Shown piece after piece: positions 1 through 8,352 of a stretch of 32,000 bases of DNA (within the stretch, counting starts at the first letter, position 1; each line of letters starts with the position of its first letter). Position numbers and translations under genes: made by a program. The DNA comes from Acidothermus cellulolyticus 11B (lineage in GTDB: Bacteria; Actinomycetota; Actinomycetes; Acidothermales; Acidothermaceae). The stretch lies in NCBI RefSeq assembly GCF_000015025.1, contig NC_008578.1, forward strand, positions 900,001-932,000, written 5' to 3'. A model generated the notes under the pieces. That model was not told the DNA's origin and did not search any database. It was given only the letters and a program-made list of their open reading frames with translations.

Positions 1-2
1 TG

Positions 3-179
3 CAGGAGGTGCTCTCCGGGCTGGTCAAGGTCGCCGTGAAAACCGAGGATCTGCGCGCAGCCCTTCTCAAGAGTGGCTCACCGGCGACGCCGGCGGACAT
101 GAAGAAACGCTTCGATGAATACCTTGACGAACTCACCAAGGGCCATGAGCCTGGCAAGGTGAGAATTGTGCTGGAGTGA
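3..179 (+). CDS. 3' end (58 codons) of an upstream CDS cut by the window edge; product unknown (by context possibly the preceding gene of the BREX-like operon)
   Basis: Frame 3 is open from the window edge to TGA at 177-179 (...[24 protein letters not shown]). The stop overlaps the GTG start of the next gene (GTGA at 176-179), which suggests translational coupling. It is absent from the ORF track because it has no start codon in the window. Confidence 0.5.
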   Translation, partial: QEVLSGLVKVAVKTEDLRAALLKSGSPATPADMKKRFDEYLDELTKGHEPGKVRIVLE

Positions 180-1585
180 CCGTGAATCGGAATGAACTCG
201 AACAAATCGCCCAACAGGGTGAATCCGAAACCATCGAGTTCAAGAAATCCACAGCACAGATCCGGCGGGCGATGGAAACACTCTGCGGCATGCTCAACGG
301 CCATGGCGGCCGTGTGCTGTTCGGTATTACACCCCAGGGGCAGATCGTTGGGCAGACGGTTTCTGACAAAACTTTACGGGAGGTAGTCGATCAGCCGAGG
401 CGTTTCGAACCTCCGGGCACCGTTGCCCAAACACGCATTGACCTCGGTGATGACAAGGAGTTGCTGGTGCTGGAAGCACAGCCGGATCCTACCCGGCGCC
501 CCTATATCTTTGACGGTCGGCCTTATCAGCGGGTGGGTTCCACCACCTCCGTGATGCCCCAGGAAACCTACCACCGGCTTCTGGCAGAACGTCCCGACAG
601 TCGCACCCGCTGGGAAACGCTTCGAGCCGAGGGATATGGTGTGGCCGACCTCGACCAAGAGGAAATCCTGCGCACAGTGCGCCTTGGTGTTGCCGCCGGC
701 CGCTTGCCGGAATCAACGGGCGGCGACATTCCCGATATCCTGCATCGGTTGGAATTGCTCAAGGGCGGTCGTCTGAACAACGCAGCCATCGTTCTATTCG
801 GCACCTGCTTCCTCCCTGACTATCCTCAATGCCAGCTGCGTATGGCCCGCTTCCGTGGGGTGGACAAATCGGAGTTCCTCGACCAGCGCCAGATCGAAGG
901 GCACGCCTTTGCCCTGCTTGACGAGGCCATGCTGTTTTTGCGCCGCCATCTTCCCGTGGCGGGCCGGGTCGTCCCCGGGCTGTTCGAGCGTGAGGACGAG
1001 CCATTGTTTCCGCTGGAGGTCCTGCGTGAGGCGCTGGTCAATGCCTTCTGCCACCGGGACTACACCATCGCAGGCGGGGCGGTCAGCCTGGCCATCTACG
1101 ACGATCGCCTGGAGATTTGGAGCGACGGGACCTTGCCATCCGGTCTCACCCCGGAGGATCTCAAGCGAGACCACACGTCAAAACCGAGCAATCCGTTGAT
1201 CGCCAAGGTGTTCTACCTTCGCGGCGTCATCGAGCGCTGGGGACGCGGGACACAAAAGATCGTCGAGCTGTGTGTCAAGGCTGGGCACCCAGAGCCAGAA
1301 TTCGGCGAGCAGGCCGGTAGCGTCTGGGTGCGCTTCGTACCGAGCGGTTACATTGCCCCGCATCGCGTAGCGCATGACCTTACCGAGCGACAGCGGGAGG
1401 TCCTGCAAATCACTGCTCATCATGGCCCGATCCCTCTTCGAGAGATCATGCAGCAGATGGCAAGCCCGCCGGCCTCCGCTACGGTCCGGGATGATCTCTA
1501 CCACCTGAAGCGTCTGGAATTGGTCGATTCCGCTGGACATGGCCGAGGGGCCGTGTGGCGGCTGCGCAGAGAGGAAAGCTCATGA
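176..1585 (+). CDS. AlbA_2 (Schlafen-type 'divergent AAA') + HATPase_c_4-like + C-terminal winged-HTH protein; putative DNA-binding regulator/sensor
   Basis: 469-aa ORF. The N-terminal '[11 protein letters not shown]' motif is typical of AlbA_2 domains. The central '[14 protein letters not shown]' is typical of the HATPase_c_4-like module of this family. The C-terminal '[10 protein letters not shown]...[10 protein letters not shown]' looks like a wHTH. The GTG start overlaps the upstream stop. Families were recognised from memory. Confidence 0.8.
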   Translation: MTVNRNELEQIAQQGESETIEFKKSTAQIRRAMETLCGMLNGHGGRVLFGITPQGQIVGQTVSDKTLREVVDQPRRFEPPGTVAQTRIDLGDDKELLVLEAQPDPTRRPYIFDGRPYQRVGSTTSVMPQETYHRLLAERPDSRTRWETLRAEGYGVADLDQEEILRTVRLGVAAGRLPESTGGDIPDILHRLELLKGGRLNNAAIVLFGTCFLPDYPQCQLRMARFRGVDKSEFLDQRQIEGHAFALLDEAMLFLRRHLPVAGRVVPGLFEREDEPLFPLEVLREALVNAFCHRDYTIAGGAVSLAIYDDRLEIWSDGTLPSGLTPEDLKRDHTSKPSNPLIAKVFYLRGVIERWGRGTQKIVELCVKAGHPEPEFGEQAGSVWVRFVPSGYIAPHRVAHDLTERQREVLQITAHHGPIPLREIMQQMASPPASATVRDDLYHLKRLELVDSAGHGRGAVWRLRREESS

Positions 1586-1591
1586 GCACCG

Positions 1592-1651
1592 GAATAAGCT
1601 GGCATCGGCTGGAGAATAAGCGGGAATGGCCAGCGTATTTCCAGCTTATTC
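1592..1651. promoter_or_regulatory. Inverted repeat / candidate operator or terminator-attenuator between the AlbA_2 gene and the methyltransferase
   Basis: A perfect 11-bp inverted repeat, GAATAAGCTGG (1592-1602) / CCAGCTTATTC (1641-1651). A third 10/11 direct copy, GAATAAGCGGG, lies at 1614-1624. All sit in the only sizeable intergenic gap (1586-1763) of the operon, and this gap is visibly AT-richer. Confidence 0.35.
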
Positions 1652-1763
1652 GCATGAACCATCGGGAAGCCTTTCCATATGGGCATCTTATGGAGAACCC
1701 ATATAAGGCGAAAATAAGTCGGCTCCATTCCGCCCTATCCCTCCCAAGAGGAGCGAAATTCAC

Positions 1764-4742
1764 ATGAACCGGCAAAACAACCTTTTTGAAAACCAGGAGG
1801 CCAAAACCAGGGACCAGGAACCTGTCGAATGCCTTGGCAAGACCTTCGACTCCGACGAGGCGCGGCGGCAGCACTTCCTCCGCCTCTTGCGCGAAGGGCT
1901 GGAGGAACTCCACGCCAAGCTCGGCGGTGTGCCCTTCACCACGGTGGAAGACGCCGTGGAACGGATGAAGTCGGTCGAGAAATGGCCGATGGGAGGTGAG
2001 ACGCGCCTGCGTGAGCTTGCCGAGCGCATGCGCCATGCCGATTCAAGCAAGGACCTGCTCCAGCGCTGGAAGGACGAGGTCGGCTTCCCGCACGGTGAGA
2101 TCGAAGACATCCTGAACCTATCCGATCCGCCCTATTACACGGCGTGCCCGAACCCCTTCATCGCGGACTTCATCAAGCACTACGGCAAGCCATACGACCC
2201 GAACGTGCCTTACAGCAAGGAGCCGTTCGCGGTCGACGTGAGCGTGGGGAAAACGGACCCGCTTTACAAAGCCCATTCGTATCACACCAAGGTACCGCAT
2301 CTGGCCATCGTGCCTTCCATTCTCCACTACACAGAGCCGGGAGACGTGGTCTTGGATGGGTTCTGCGGCTCTGGTATGACGAGCGTCGCGGCACAATGGT
2401 GTAGCTCCGCACCGGAGAGCTACAAGCGTGATGTCGAGGCATCATGGGAGAAGGAAGGCCGGAAGAAGCCCAACTGGGGCCTACGCCGTGTGGTGCTGGG
2501 CGATCTCGCGCCTGCCGCCACCTTCATCGCTGCCAACTACAACTTGCCCTTCGATGTGGATGGATTTGCACGCGCGGCGCGCCAGATCCTCGACGAGGTC
2601 GAGCAGGAGATCGGCTGGATGTACGAGACCCTGCATACCGATGGCAAGACCAAGGGGCGCATCGAATATACAGTCTGGAGCGAAGTGTTCACCTGCTGGG
2701 ACTGCGCGGGCGAGGTGGTGTTTCTGGAGCAGGCCCTGGACCCGGAGACCAAGAAGGTAAGGGAGACCTTCCCTTGCCCCCATTGCGGTGCGGAGCTGAC
2801 AAAGAAGCGGCTGGAGCGCCTCTATGAAACCAAGCTAGACAGGGCGCTGAACACCATCATTCGCATCCCCAAGCGCCAGCCCGCTCTCATCGTCTACAGA
2901 ATTGGCAAGACACGTTACGAGAAGAAGCCGAATCAGACCGATCTTGAAACCCTCTCCAGGGTGGAATCTCTTGCCTGGCCGCATGAGGTTCCGATAGATG
3001 CCTTGCCCTATATGCACATGACCCATGAACGGGCGCGGATGGACAATGCAGGCATCACCCACATCCACCACTTCTTTCTCCCCCGCGCCGCCCACGTCCT
3101 GGCGGCGCTGTGGCGCAAGGCCCAGGCATGGCCGGACAAGCGCAACCGGCACATGTTGTTGTTTTTCGTGGAGCAGGCGATTTGGGGGATGTCCGTTCTG
3201 AATCGTTATTTGCCGACGGCGTTTTCGCAAACAAATCGCCAGTTGACGGGGGTATATTACATTGCATCCCAAATTGCCGAAGTCTCCCCGTCCTACAACC
3301 TTGAAGGAAAGCTCAAGGGTTTGGCGAAGGCCTTTCGAGGGCATCGAACATCATCCGGAAGCGCCATCGTCACCACCGTCACCACCGCACGTCTCGACCT
3401 CCCTGACAACTCTATTGATTACATCTTCACCGACCCGCCCTTCGGCGAGAACATCTATTACGCCGACCTAAATTTCCTGGTGGAGTCCTGGCACCGGGTG
3501 CTGACCAACGCCACCCCCGAAGCCATCGTGGACAAGGCCAAGAAGAAAGGCCTGCCCGAGTACCAGCACCTGATGCGGCAATGCTTCGCAGAGTATTGCC
3601 GAGTACTCAAGCCCGGCCGTTGGATGACGGTCGTTTTCCACAACTCCCGCAACGCCGTCTGGAACGCTATTCAGGAAGCGATACTGGCCGCGGGCTTCGT
3701 GGTGGCCGATGTCCGCACCCTCGACAAGCAACAGGGTTCCTACCGTCAGGTCACCAGCACGGCGGTCAAACAGGACCTGGTCATCTCCGCCTACAAACCC
3801 AACGGGGGCCTTGAGGAAAGGTTCAAGCTGACCGCCGGCACCGAGGAAGGTGTCTGGGACTTCGTCCGCACGCACCTGAGGCAGCTGCCGGTGTTCGTCT
3901 CCAAGGACGGCGAGGCGGAAGTCATCGCAGAGCGGCAGAACTACCTGCTATTCGACCGCATGGTGGCTTTCCATGTCCAGCGGGGCGTGACGGTGCCTCT
4001 CTCCGCGGCGGAGTTCTACGCCGGTCTCGCGCAGCGCTTCTCGGAGCGCGACGGGATGTACTTCCTGCCCGAGCAGGTGGCGGAGTACGACAAGAAGCGC
4101 ATGAAGGTTGGTGAGGTCCTGCCGCTGCAGCTCTTCGTCACCGACGAGGCCTCCGCCATCCAGTGGCTCAAGCAGCAGCTCACCAGGAAGCCGCAGACCT
4201 TCCAGGAGCTTCATCCGCAGTTTCTCAAGGAGATTGGAGGCTGGCAGAAGCACGAGAAGCCGCTCGAGCTGTCCGAGCTGCTGGAACAGAACTTCCTCCG
4301 CTACGACGGCAAGGGTCCGATTCCGAAGCAGATCGTTTCCTGGATGCGTCAGAGCGCGGAGCTTCGGAAGATCATCGATGAGCAGCTTGCGTCTGGACAG
4401 GCTCAAGAGGATGACAGCGGACTCGTGACCCGTGAGCCACGACTCATCGACCGCGCGAAAGCGCGCTGGTACGTCCCGGACCCCAACAAGGCCGGCGACC
4501 TGGAGAAACTCCGCGAGCGGGCCCTGCTGCGCGAGTTCGAGGAGTACCGCGAGTCCAAGCAGAAGCGCCTGAAGGTCTTCCGCCTCGAGGCCGTCCGCGC
4601 CGGCTTCAAGAAGGCATGGCAGGAACGGGACTACGCCACCATCATCGCCGTGGCGCGCAAGATCCCAGAGGACATCCTCCAGGAAGACCCCAAGCTCCTC
4701 ATGTGGTACGACCAGGCGCTTACCCGTTCTGGGGAGGAGTGA
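1764..4742 (+). CDS. Large N6/N4 DNA methyltransferase with internal Zn ribbon (PglXI-like, BREX type 3-type methylase)
   Basis: 992-aa ORF. RBS AAGAGGAG lies about 10 nt upstream of ATG 1764. AdoMet motif I 'VVLDGFCGSGMT' is at aa ~195-206. The CxxC-x23-CxxC motif (CWDC...CPHC) is at aa 311-341. Catalytic motif IV 'IFTDPPFG' is at aa ~554-561, followed by 'ESWHRVLKPGRWMTVVFHN'. There is a long charged helical C-terminal region. Confidence 0.85.
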   Translation: MNRQNNLFENQEAKTRDQEPVECLGKTFDSDEARRQHFLRLLREGLEELHAKLGGVPFTTVEDAVERMKSVEKWPMGGETRLRELAERMRHADSSKDLLQRWKDEVGFPHGEIEDILNLSDPPYYTACPNPFIADFIKHYGKPYDPNVPYSKEPFAVDVSVGKTDPLYKAHSYHTKVPHLAIVPSILHYTEPGDVVLDGFCGSGMTSVAAQWCSSAPESYKRDVEASWEKEGRKKPNWGLRRVVLGDLAPAATFIAANYNLPFDVDGFARAARQILDEVEQEIGWMYETLHTDGKTKGRIEYTVWSEVFTCWDCAGEVVFLEQALDPETKKVRETFPCPHCGAELTKKRLERLYETKLDRALNTIIRIPKRQPALIVYRIGKTRYEKKPNQTDLETLSRVESLAWPHEVPIDALPYMHMTHERARMDNAGITHIHHFFLPRAAHVLAALWRKAQAWPDKRNRHMLLFFVEQAIWGMSVLNRYLPTAFSQTNRQLTGVYYIASQIAEVSPSYNLEGKLKGLAKAFRGHRTSSGSAIVTTVTTARLDLPDNSIDYIFTDPPFGENIYYADLNFLVESWHRVLTNATPEAIVDKAKKKGLPEYQHLMRQCFAEYCRVLKPGRWMTVVFHNSRNAVWNAIQEAILAAGFVVADVRTLDKQQGSYRQVTSTAVKQDLVISAYKPNGGLEERFKLTAGTEEGVWDFVRTHLRQLPVFVSKDGEAEVIAERQNYLLFDRMVAFHVQRGVTVPLSAAEFYAGLAQRFSERDGMYFLPEQVAEYDKKRMKVGEVLPLQLFVTDEASAIQWLKQQLTRKPQTFQELHPQFLKEIGGWQKHEKPLELSELLEQNFLRYDGKGPIPKQIVSWMRQSAELRKIIDEQLASGQAQEDDSGLVTREPRLIDRAKARWYVPDPNKAGDLEKLRERALLREFEEYRESKQKRLKVFRLEAVRAGFKKAWQERDYATIIAVARKIPEDILQEDPKLLMWYDQALTRSGEE

Positions 4743-4745
4743 ACC

Positions 4746-5549
4746 ATGCATTTGCTCTATACGGACGAGGTGAATGTAGACCCCTGCAGTAGTGACTTCT
4801 TCATTTATGGTGGTGTCAGTGTCGATGCCAACCAAGCAGCATCGTTGTCCAGAAGGATCGACCTTCTGCGGCAAGAGCACGGATACGAGCCAGAGGATCT
4901 ATTGAAGTTCAACACCCGCGAGCGGCCCCACACCATTTCTCCCGAGACACATAGGGAGATAAAGAGAAGAGTCATTGAGGAGGCGGCTGCTCATGACGCT
5001 CTCCTGTTCGCTTCGTTTATTCTCCACGGCATCGCCGCGAGTCCGGAGGAAGCGAGACGGAAGGAAATCAATCGGGTGTGTTTTAACTTTGACTGTTTTC
5101 TCCGAGAACGAGATGAATACGGCATCGTCCTGATTGATATGTTCACCGATAACAACTTGCCACAGATATTGAGAGAAAAGTTTTCGATAGGATTGAGTGG
5201 GCTGCCGTATTCGGATCGGTACCGCCTTGAGCGCGTTCTTGGCTTTCATCTTGCGTCAATCGGTTCGTCCAATTTCTCGTCTGTTGTTGATATTGTCTTG
5301 GGTTCCTTGCGGTACGCCGTGAACTGTCTCGACGATCCCAGCCGTCAGGATGTAGTGCGGACGTTGCTAAGTCAGCTTGCTCCGCTCTGTTTGAAAAACG
5401 ACGACGGAAGTATCCGAGAGCTCAGCCTCTTTTTTAGCCCCGTTAGGGTCCGGGTACCCGAGTATTATCAGCAATACCAGAACCTACGGGACTCTCTGAC
5501 TCGAAACGGATTGGGGGGGATAGAGACGCGGCAAGAATGGGGAAAATAG
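4746..5549 (+). CDS. Hypothetical protein, possibly DUF3800-like; low-GC insert inside the operon
   Basis: 267-aa ORF. The ATG lies 3 nt after the methylase stop, and the TAG lies 1 nt before the helicase ATG. The N-terminal 'LLYTDEVN' weakly resembles the 'IYIDESG' start of DUF3800 proteins (from memory). Lines 5041-5100 and 5101-5160 count 47% and 45% GC, against 63% for helicase line 6001-6060. Confidence 0.6.
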   Translation: MHLLYTDEVNVDPCSSDFFIYGGVSVDANQAASLSRRIDLLRQEHGYEPEDLLKFNTRERPHTISPETHREIKRRVIEEAAAHDALLFASFILHGIAASPEEARRKEINRVCFNFDCFLRERDEYGIVLIDMFTDNNLPQILREKFSIGLSGLPYSDRYRLERVLGFHLASIGSSNFSSVVDIVLGSLRYAVNCLDDPSRQDVVRTLLSQLAPLCLKNDDGSIRELSLFFSPVRVRVPEYYQQYQNLRDSLTRNGLGGIETRQEWGK

Positions 5550-5550
5550 G

Positions 5551-8352
5551 ATGGGTGTTGACCACCTAGGCGACTGGTGCTACAGCCCCGAGCACGGGGA
5601 GCTCTGCCGGGTCATCGAGACCCAGACGCTCTGGGGTGAGACCGTCTGCCGTGTCTGGCTGCCGGGCAAGGATGCCGTCGTGCGGGTGCCCGCCGCGCGC
5701 CTCCGGCCCGTGCAGGAGGCAAGTGTCGGCACCGTGGACGGGATCGCTTATCTCGCCGCGGCGGCGCGGGTCGCCGATGCGCTGACCCAGGACGTCCTGC
5801 TTGCGCCTATCGAATCGTCCGTCATCCCGCTGCCGCATCAGATTCGAGCGCTCTCCAGGGCCGTTTCCAACGACCGCGTGCGCTATCTCCTGGCGGACGA
5901 GGTGGGCCTCGGCAAGACCATCGAGGCAGGTCTTATCATGCGGGAGCTCAAGCTCCGGGGCCTGGTGAGGCGGACGCTGGTCATCGCCCCGAAGGGCCTG
6001 GTGACCCAATGGGTGGCGGAAATGCGCACCCACTTCGGGGAGGAGTTCCGCCTGCTCATCCCGAGCGACTTCTCCGCCTACCGCCGCATCGCCCAGGAAG
6101 ACAACCTCTGGCAGAGCCATCCACAGGTGGTCTGCCCCATGGACTCTGTGAAGCCCCTGGACGGCCGGCGCGGCTGGTCGAGGGAACAGGTGGCCGAGTA
6201 CAACCGGGAGCGCTTCGAAGACCTGATCTCCGCCGGCTGGGACCTGGTCATCGTCGACGAGGCCCATCGCCTGGGTGGAAGCACGGACCAGGTGGCCCGC
6301 TACAAGCTCGGCCAGGGGCTGGCCGAGGCCGCGCCCTACCTGCTCCTGCTCTCCGCCACACCGCACCAGGGCAAGACCGACGCTTTCCACCGCCTGATCT
6401 CCCTGGTCGACGCGCAGGCCTTCCCCGACGTGAGCAGCGTGACAAAGGAGCGGGTACAACCGTACGTCATCCGCACGGAGAAGCGCCGCGCCATCGACGC
6501 GGAGGGCAAGCCGCTTTTCAAACCCCGGCGCACGGAGCTTGCGCCCGTCTCCTGGGAGGATCGCCACCGGGATCAACGGCTGCTCTACGAGGCGGTCACC
6601 GAATACGTGCGCGAAGGCTACAACCAGGCCATGCGCGAGAAGCGCAGCTACATCGGATTCCTCATGATCCTCATGCAGCGCCTGGTGGTCTCCAGCACCC
6701 GCGCCATCCGCACCACCCTGGAGCGGCGCCTCGAAGCGCTCGAGGCCCCACAGGAACAGCTCACACTCTTCCCCATGGTCTCCGAGGAGGAGTGGGCCGA
6801 CCTGGACGGCCAGGAGCAGATGGACACGCTACTCAAGACCCGCCTTGAGGCCCTGACAAATGAAAGGGCCGAGGTGAAGCTGCTCCTGGAAGCGGCCAAG
6901 CGCTGCGAAAGCCAGGGCCCGGACGCCAAGGCCGAAGCGCTCCTGGACTGGATCTACCGTCTCCAGGCCGAGAAAGGCGACCCGGATCTTAAGGTGCTGG
7001 TGTTCACCGAGTTCGTGCCGACCCAGGAGATGTTGTACGAGTTCCTGACCGAGCGCGGCTTCGAGGTGGTATGCCTCAACGGCTCCATGGACTTGGAGGA
7101 GCGCAAGCGGGTCCAGGACACCTTCGCCAAGGATGCCCGCATCCTCATCTCGACGGACGCCGGTGGTGAGGGCCTCAACCTCCAGTTTTGCCATGTGGTC
7201 ATCAACTACGACATTCCCTGGAACCCGATGCGCCTGGAACAACGCATCGGCCGGGTGGACCGCATAGGCCAGACCCACACGGTGCGCGCCATCAACTTCG
7301 TGTTTGAAGACTCGGTCGAACACCGTGTCTGCGAGGTCCTGGAGGAGAAACTGGCGGTCATCTTCGAAGAGTTCGGCATCGACAAGACCGGTGACGTGCT
7401 CGACTCTGCCCAGGCGGGCCAGATTTTCGACGATCTGTATGTGGAAGCCATCCTCAATCCCGATGTGGTGGAAACCAAGGTCGACGAGGTCCTGAAAAGC
7501 ATTCAGGAGCAGGCCCGCGAGTCTCGGCAAAGCGTTTCCGTGCTCGGCTCTGTCGAAGACCTAGATCCTGGAGAGGCACAGCGACTGCTGGCCCACCCGC
7601 TCCCGCATTGGGTCGAGCGCATGACGGTAAGCTACCTGCAGGCTCACGGCGGCAAGGCCGAGCGGAAGAACGGCGCCTGGGATCTCACCTGGCCGGGCGG
7701 CGAGCAACTGAGCAATGTCGTCTTCACCAGCAAGGAGGCTGCAGAGAGGCCTCTGAGTCGCCACGTGACGCTGGAAAATCCCAAGGTGCGTGGGCTAGCC
7801 ATGCGCCTTCCTCCCTTTGCCCCGGGACAACCGGTCCCGGTCATCACGCTCCCTGGCCTTGCCCAAGAGATCATGGGTTTCTGGTCGCTCTGGCGAATCT
7901 CGATCTCGACCGCCGACTGGAATCGTCGCCGGATCATGCCTTTGTTCCTGGCCGACGACGGTCGGGTGTTTGCGCCGACTGCCCGGCACATCTGGGATCA
8001 ACTGGTGGTAACGAAGCCCACGATCCTGCGGCATTTGGACGTCGAGACCTCGCATCAAGCCTTCGAGCAACTCCTGGAGCCGGCGGAACGACAGGGGAAG
8101 ACGATCTACGACGAGCTGGTGCAGGCTCACCGGGAGCGTCTTGCTCGGGAACGTGAGAAGGGCGAGTACGCCTTCGCTGCGCGACGCAGAGCCATCGAGC
8201 GCATCGGGCTGCCCCAGGTCCGTAACCATCGCCTGAGTCTCTTGGAGCAGGAGGAAGAACGCTTCCACGAACAACTCGAGCGCCGGGCCCAGATTCTGCC
8301 GGAAATGGCGCCCCTGCTTCTCGTCCGCGTGGAGGGAGGCACCCATGGGTAG
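5551..8352 (+). CDS. SNF2-family (RapA/HepA-like) helicase, BrxHII-like
   Basis: 933-aa ORF. Motif I is 'LLADEVGLGKTIEAG', motif II 'VIVDEAHRLGG' and motif III 'LLLSATPHQGK'. The C-terminal helicase lobe has 'ILISTDAGGEGLNLQ' and 'WNPMRLEQRIGRVDRIGQ'. About 290 aa of C-terminal extension have unknown function. Confidence 0.9.
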   Translation: MGVDHLGDWCYSPEHGELCRVIETQTLWGETVCRVWLPGKDAVVRVPAARLRPVQEASVGTVDGIAYLAAAARVADALTQDVLLAPIESSVIPLPHQIRALSRAVSNDRVRYLLADEVGLGKTIEAGLIMRELKLRGLVRRTLVIAPKGLVTQWVAEMRTHFGEEFRLLIPSDFSAYRRIAQEDNLWQSHPQVVCPMDSVKPLDGRRGWSREQVAEYNRERFEDLISAGWDLVIVDEAHRLGGSTDQVARYKLGQGLAEAAPYLLLLSATPHQGKTDAFHRLISLVDAQAFPDVSSVTKERVQPYVIRTEKRRAIDAEGKPLFKPRRTELAPVSWEDRHRDQRLLYEAVTEYVREGYNQAMREKRSYIGFLMILMQRLVVSSTRAIRTTLERRLEALEAPQEQLTLFPMVSEEEWADLDGQEQMDTLLKTRLEALTNERAEVKLLLEAAKRCESQGPDAKAEALLDWIYRLQAEKGDPDLKVLVFTEFVPTQEMLYEFLTERGFEVVCLNGSMDLEERKRVQDTFAKDARILISTDAGGEGLNLQFCHVVINYDIPWNPMRLEQRIGRVDRIGQTHTVRAINFVFEDSVEHRVCEVLEEKLAVIFEEFGIDKTGDVLDSAQAGQIFDDLYVEAILNPDVVETKVDEVLKSIQEQARESRQSVSVLGSVEDLDPGEAQRLLAHPLPHWVERMTVSYLQAHGGKAERKNGAWDLTWPGGEQLSNVVFTSKEAAERPLSRHVTLENPKVRGLAMRLPPFAPGQPVPVITLPGLAQEIMGFWSLWRISISTADWNRRRIMPLFLADDGRVFAPTARHIWDQLVVTKPTILRHLDVETSHQAFEQLLEPAERQGKTIYDELVQAHRERLAREREKGEYAFAARRRAIERIGLPQVRNHRLSLLEQEEERFHEQLERRAQILPEMAPLLLVRVEGGTHG

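Noticed and set aside
2121-2135. 'DPPYY' at aa 121-125 of the methyltransferase as the catalytic motif IV
   Set aside because: It is not embedded in the usual hydrophobic beta-strand context. A much better motif IV (DYIFTDPPFG) lies at aa ~551-561, downstream of motif I.
3948-4880. Long antisense 'shadow' ORFs opposite real genes. Examples are 3948-4880(-), 5566-6576(-), 6829-7530(-), 7934-8794(-), 14322-15260(-), 16146-17072(-), 18299-19390(+), 29220-30155(-) and 30887-31789(-)
   Set aside because: This is the typical high-GC artefact. The translations are Arg/Gly/Pro/Ala-rich with no motifs, and each lies wholly inside a well-supported gene on the other strand.
1764-8352. DISARM (class 1) as an alternative interpretation of methylase + SNF2 helicase
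   Set aside because: No DrmA/DrmB (DUF1998) or PLD-nuclease-like ORFs are present. The operon instead continues into a PglZ-motif protein, which points to BREX.
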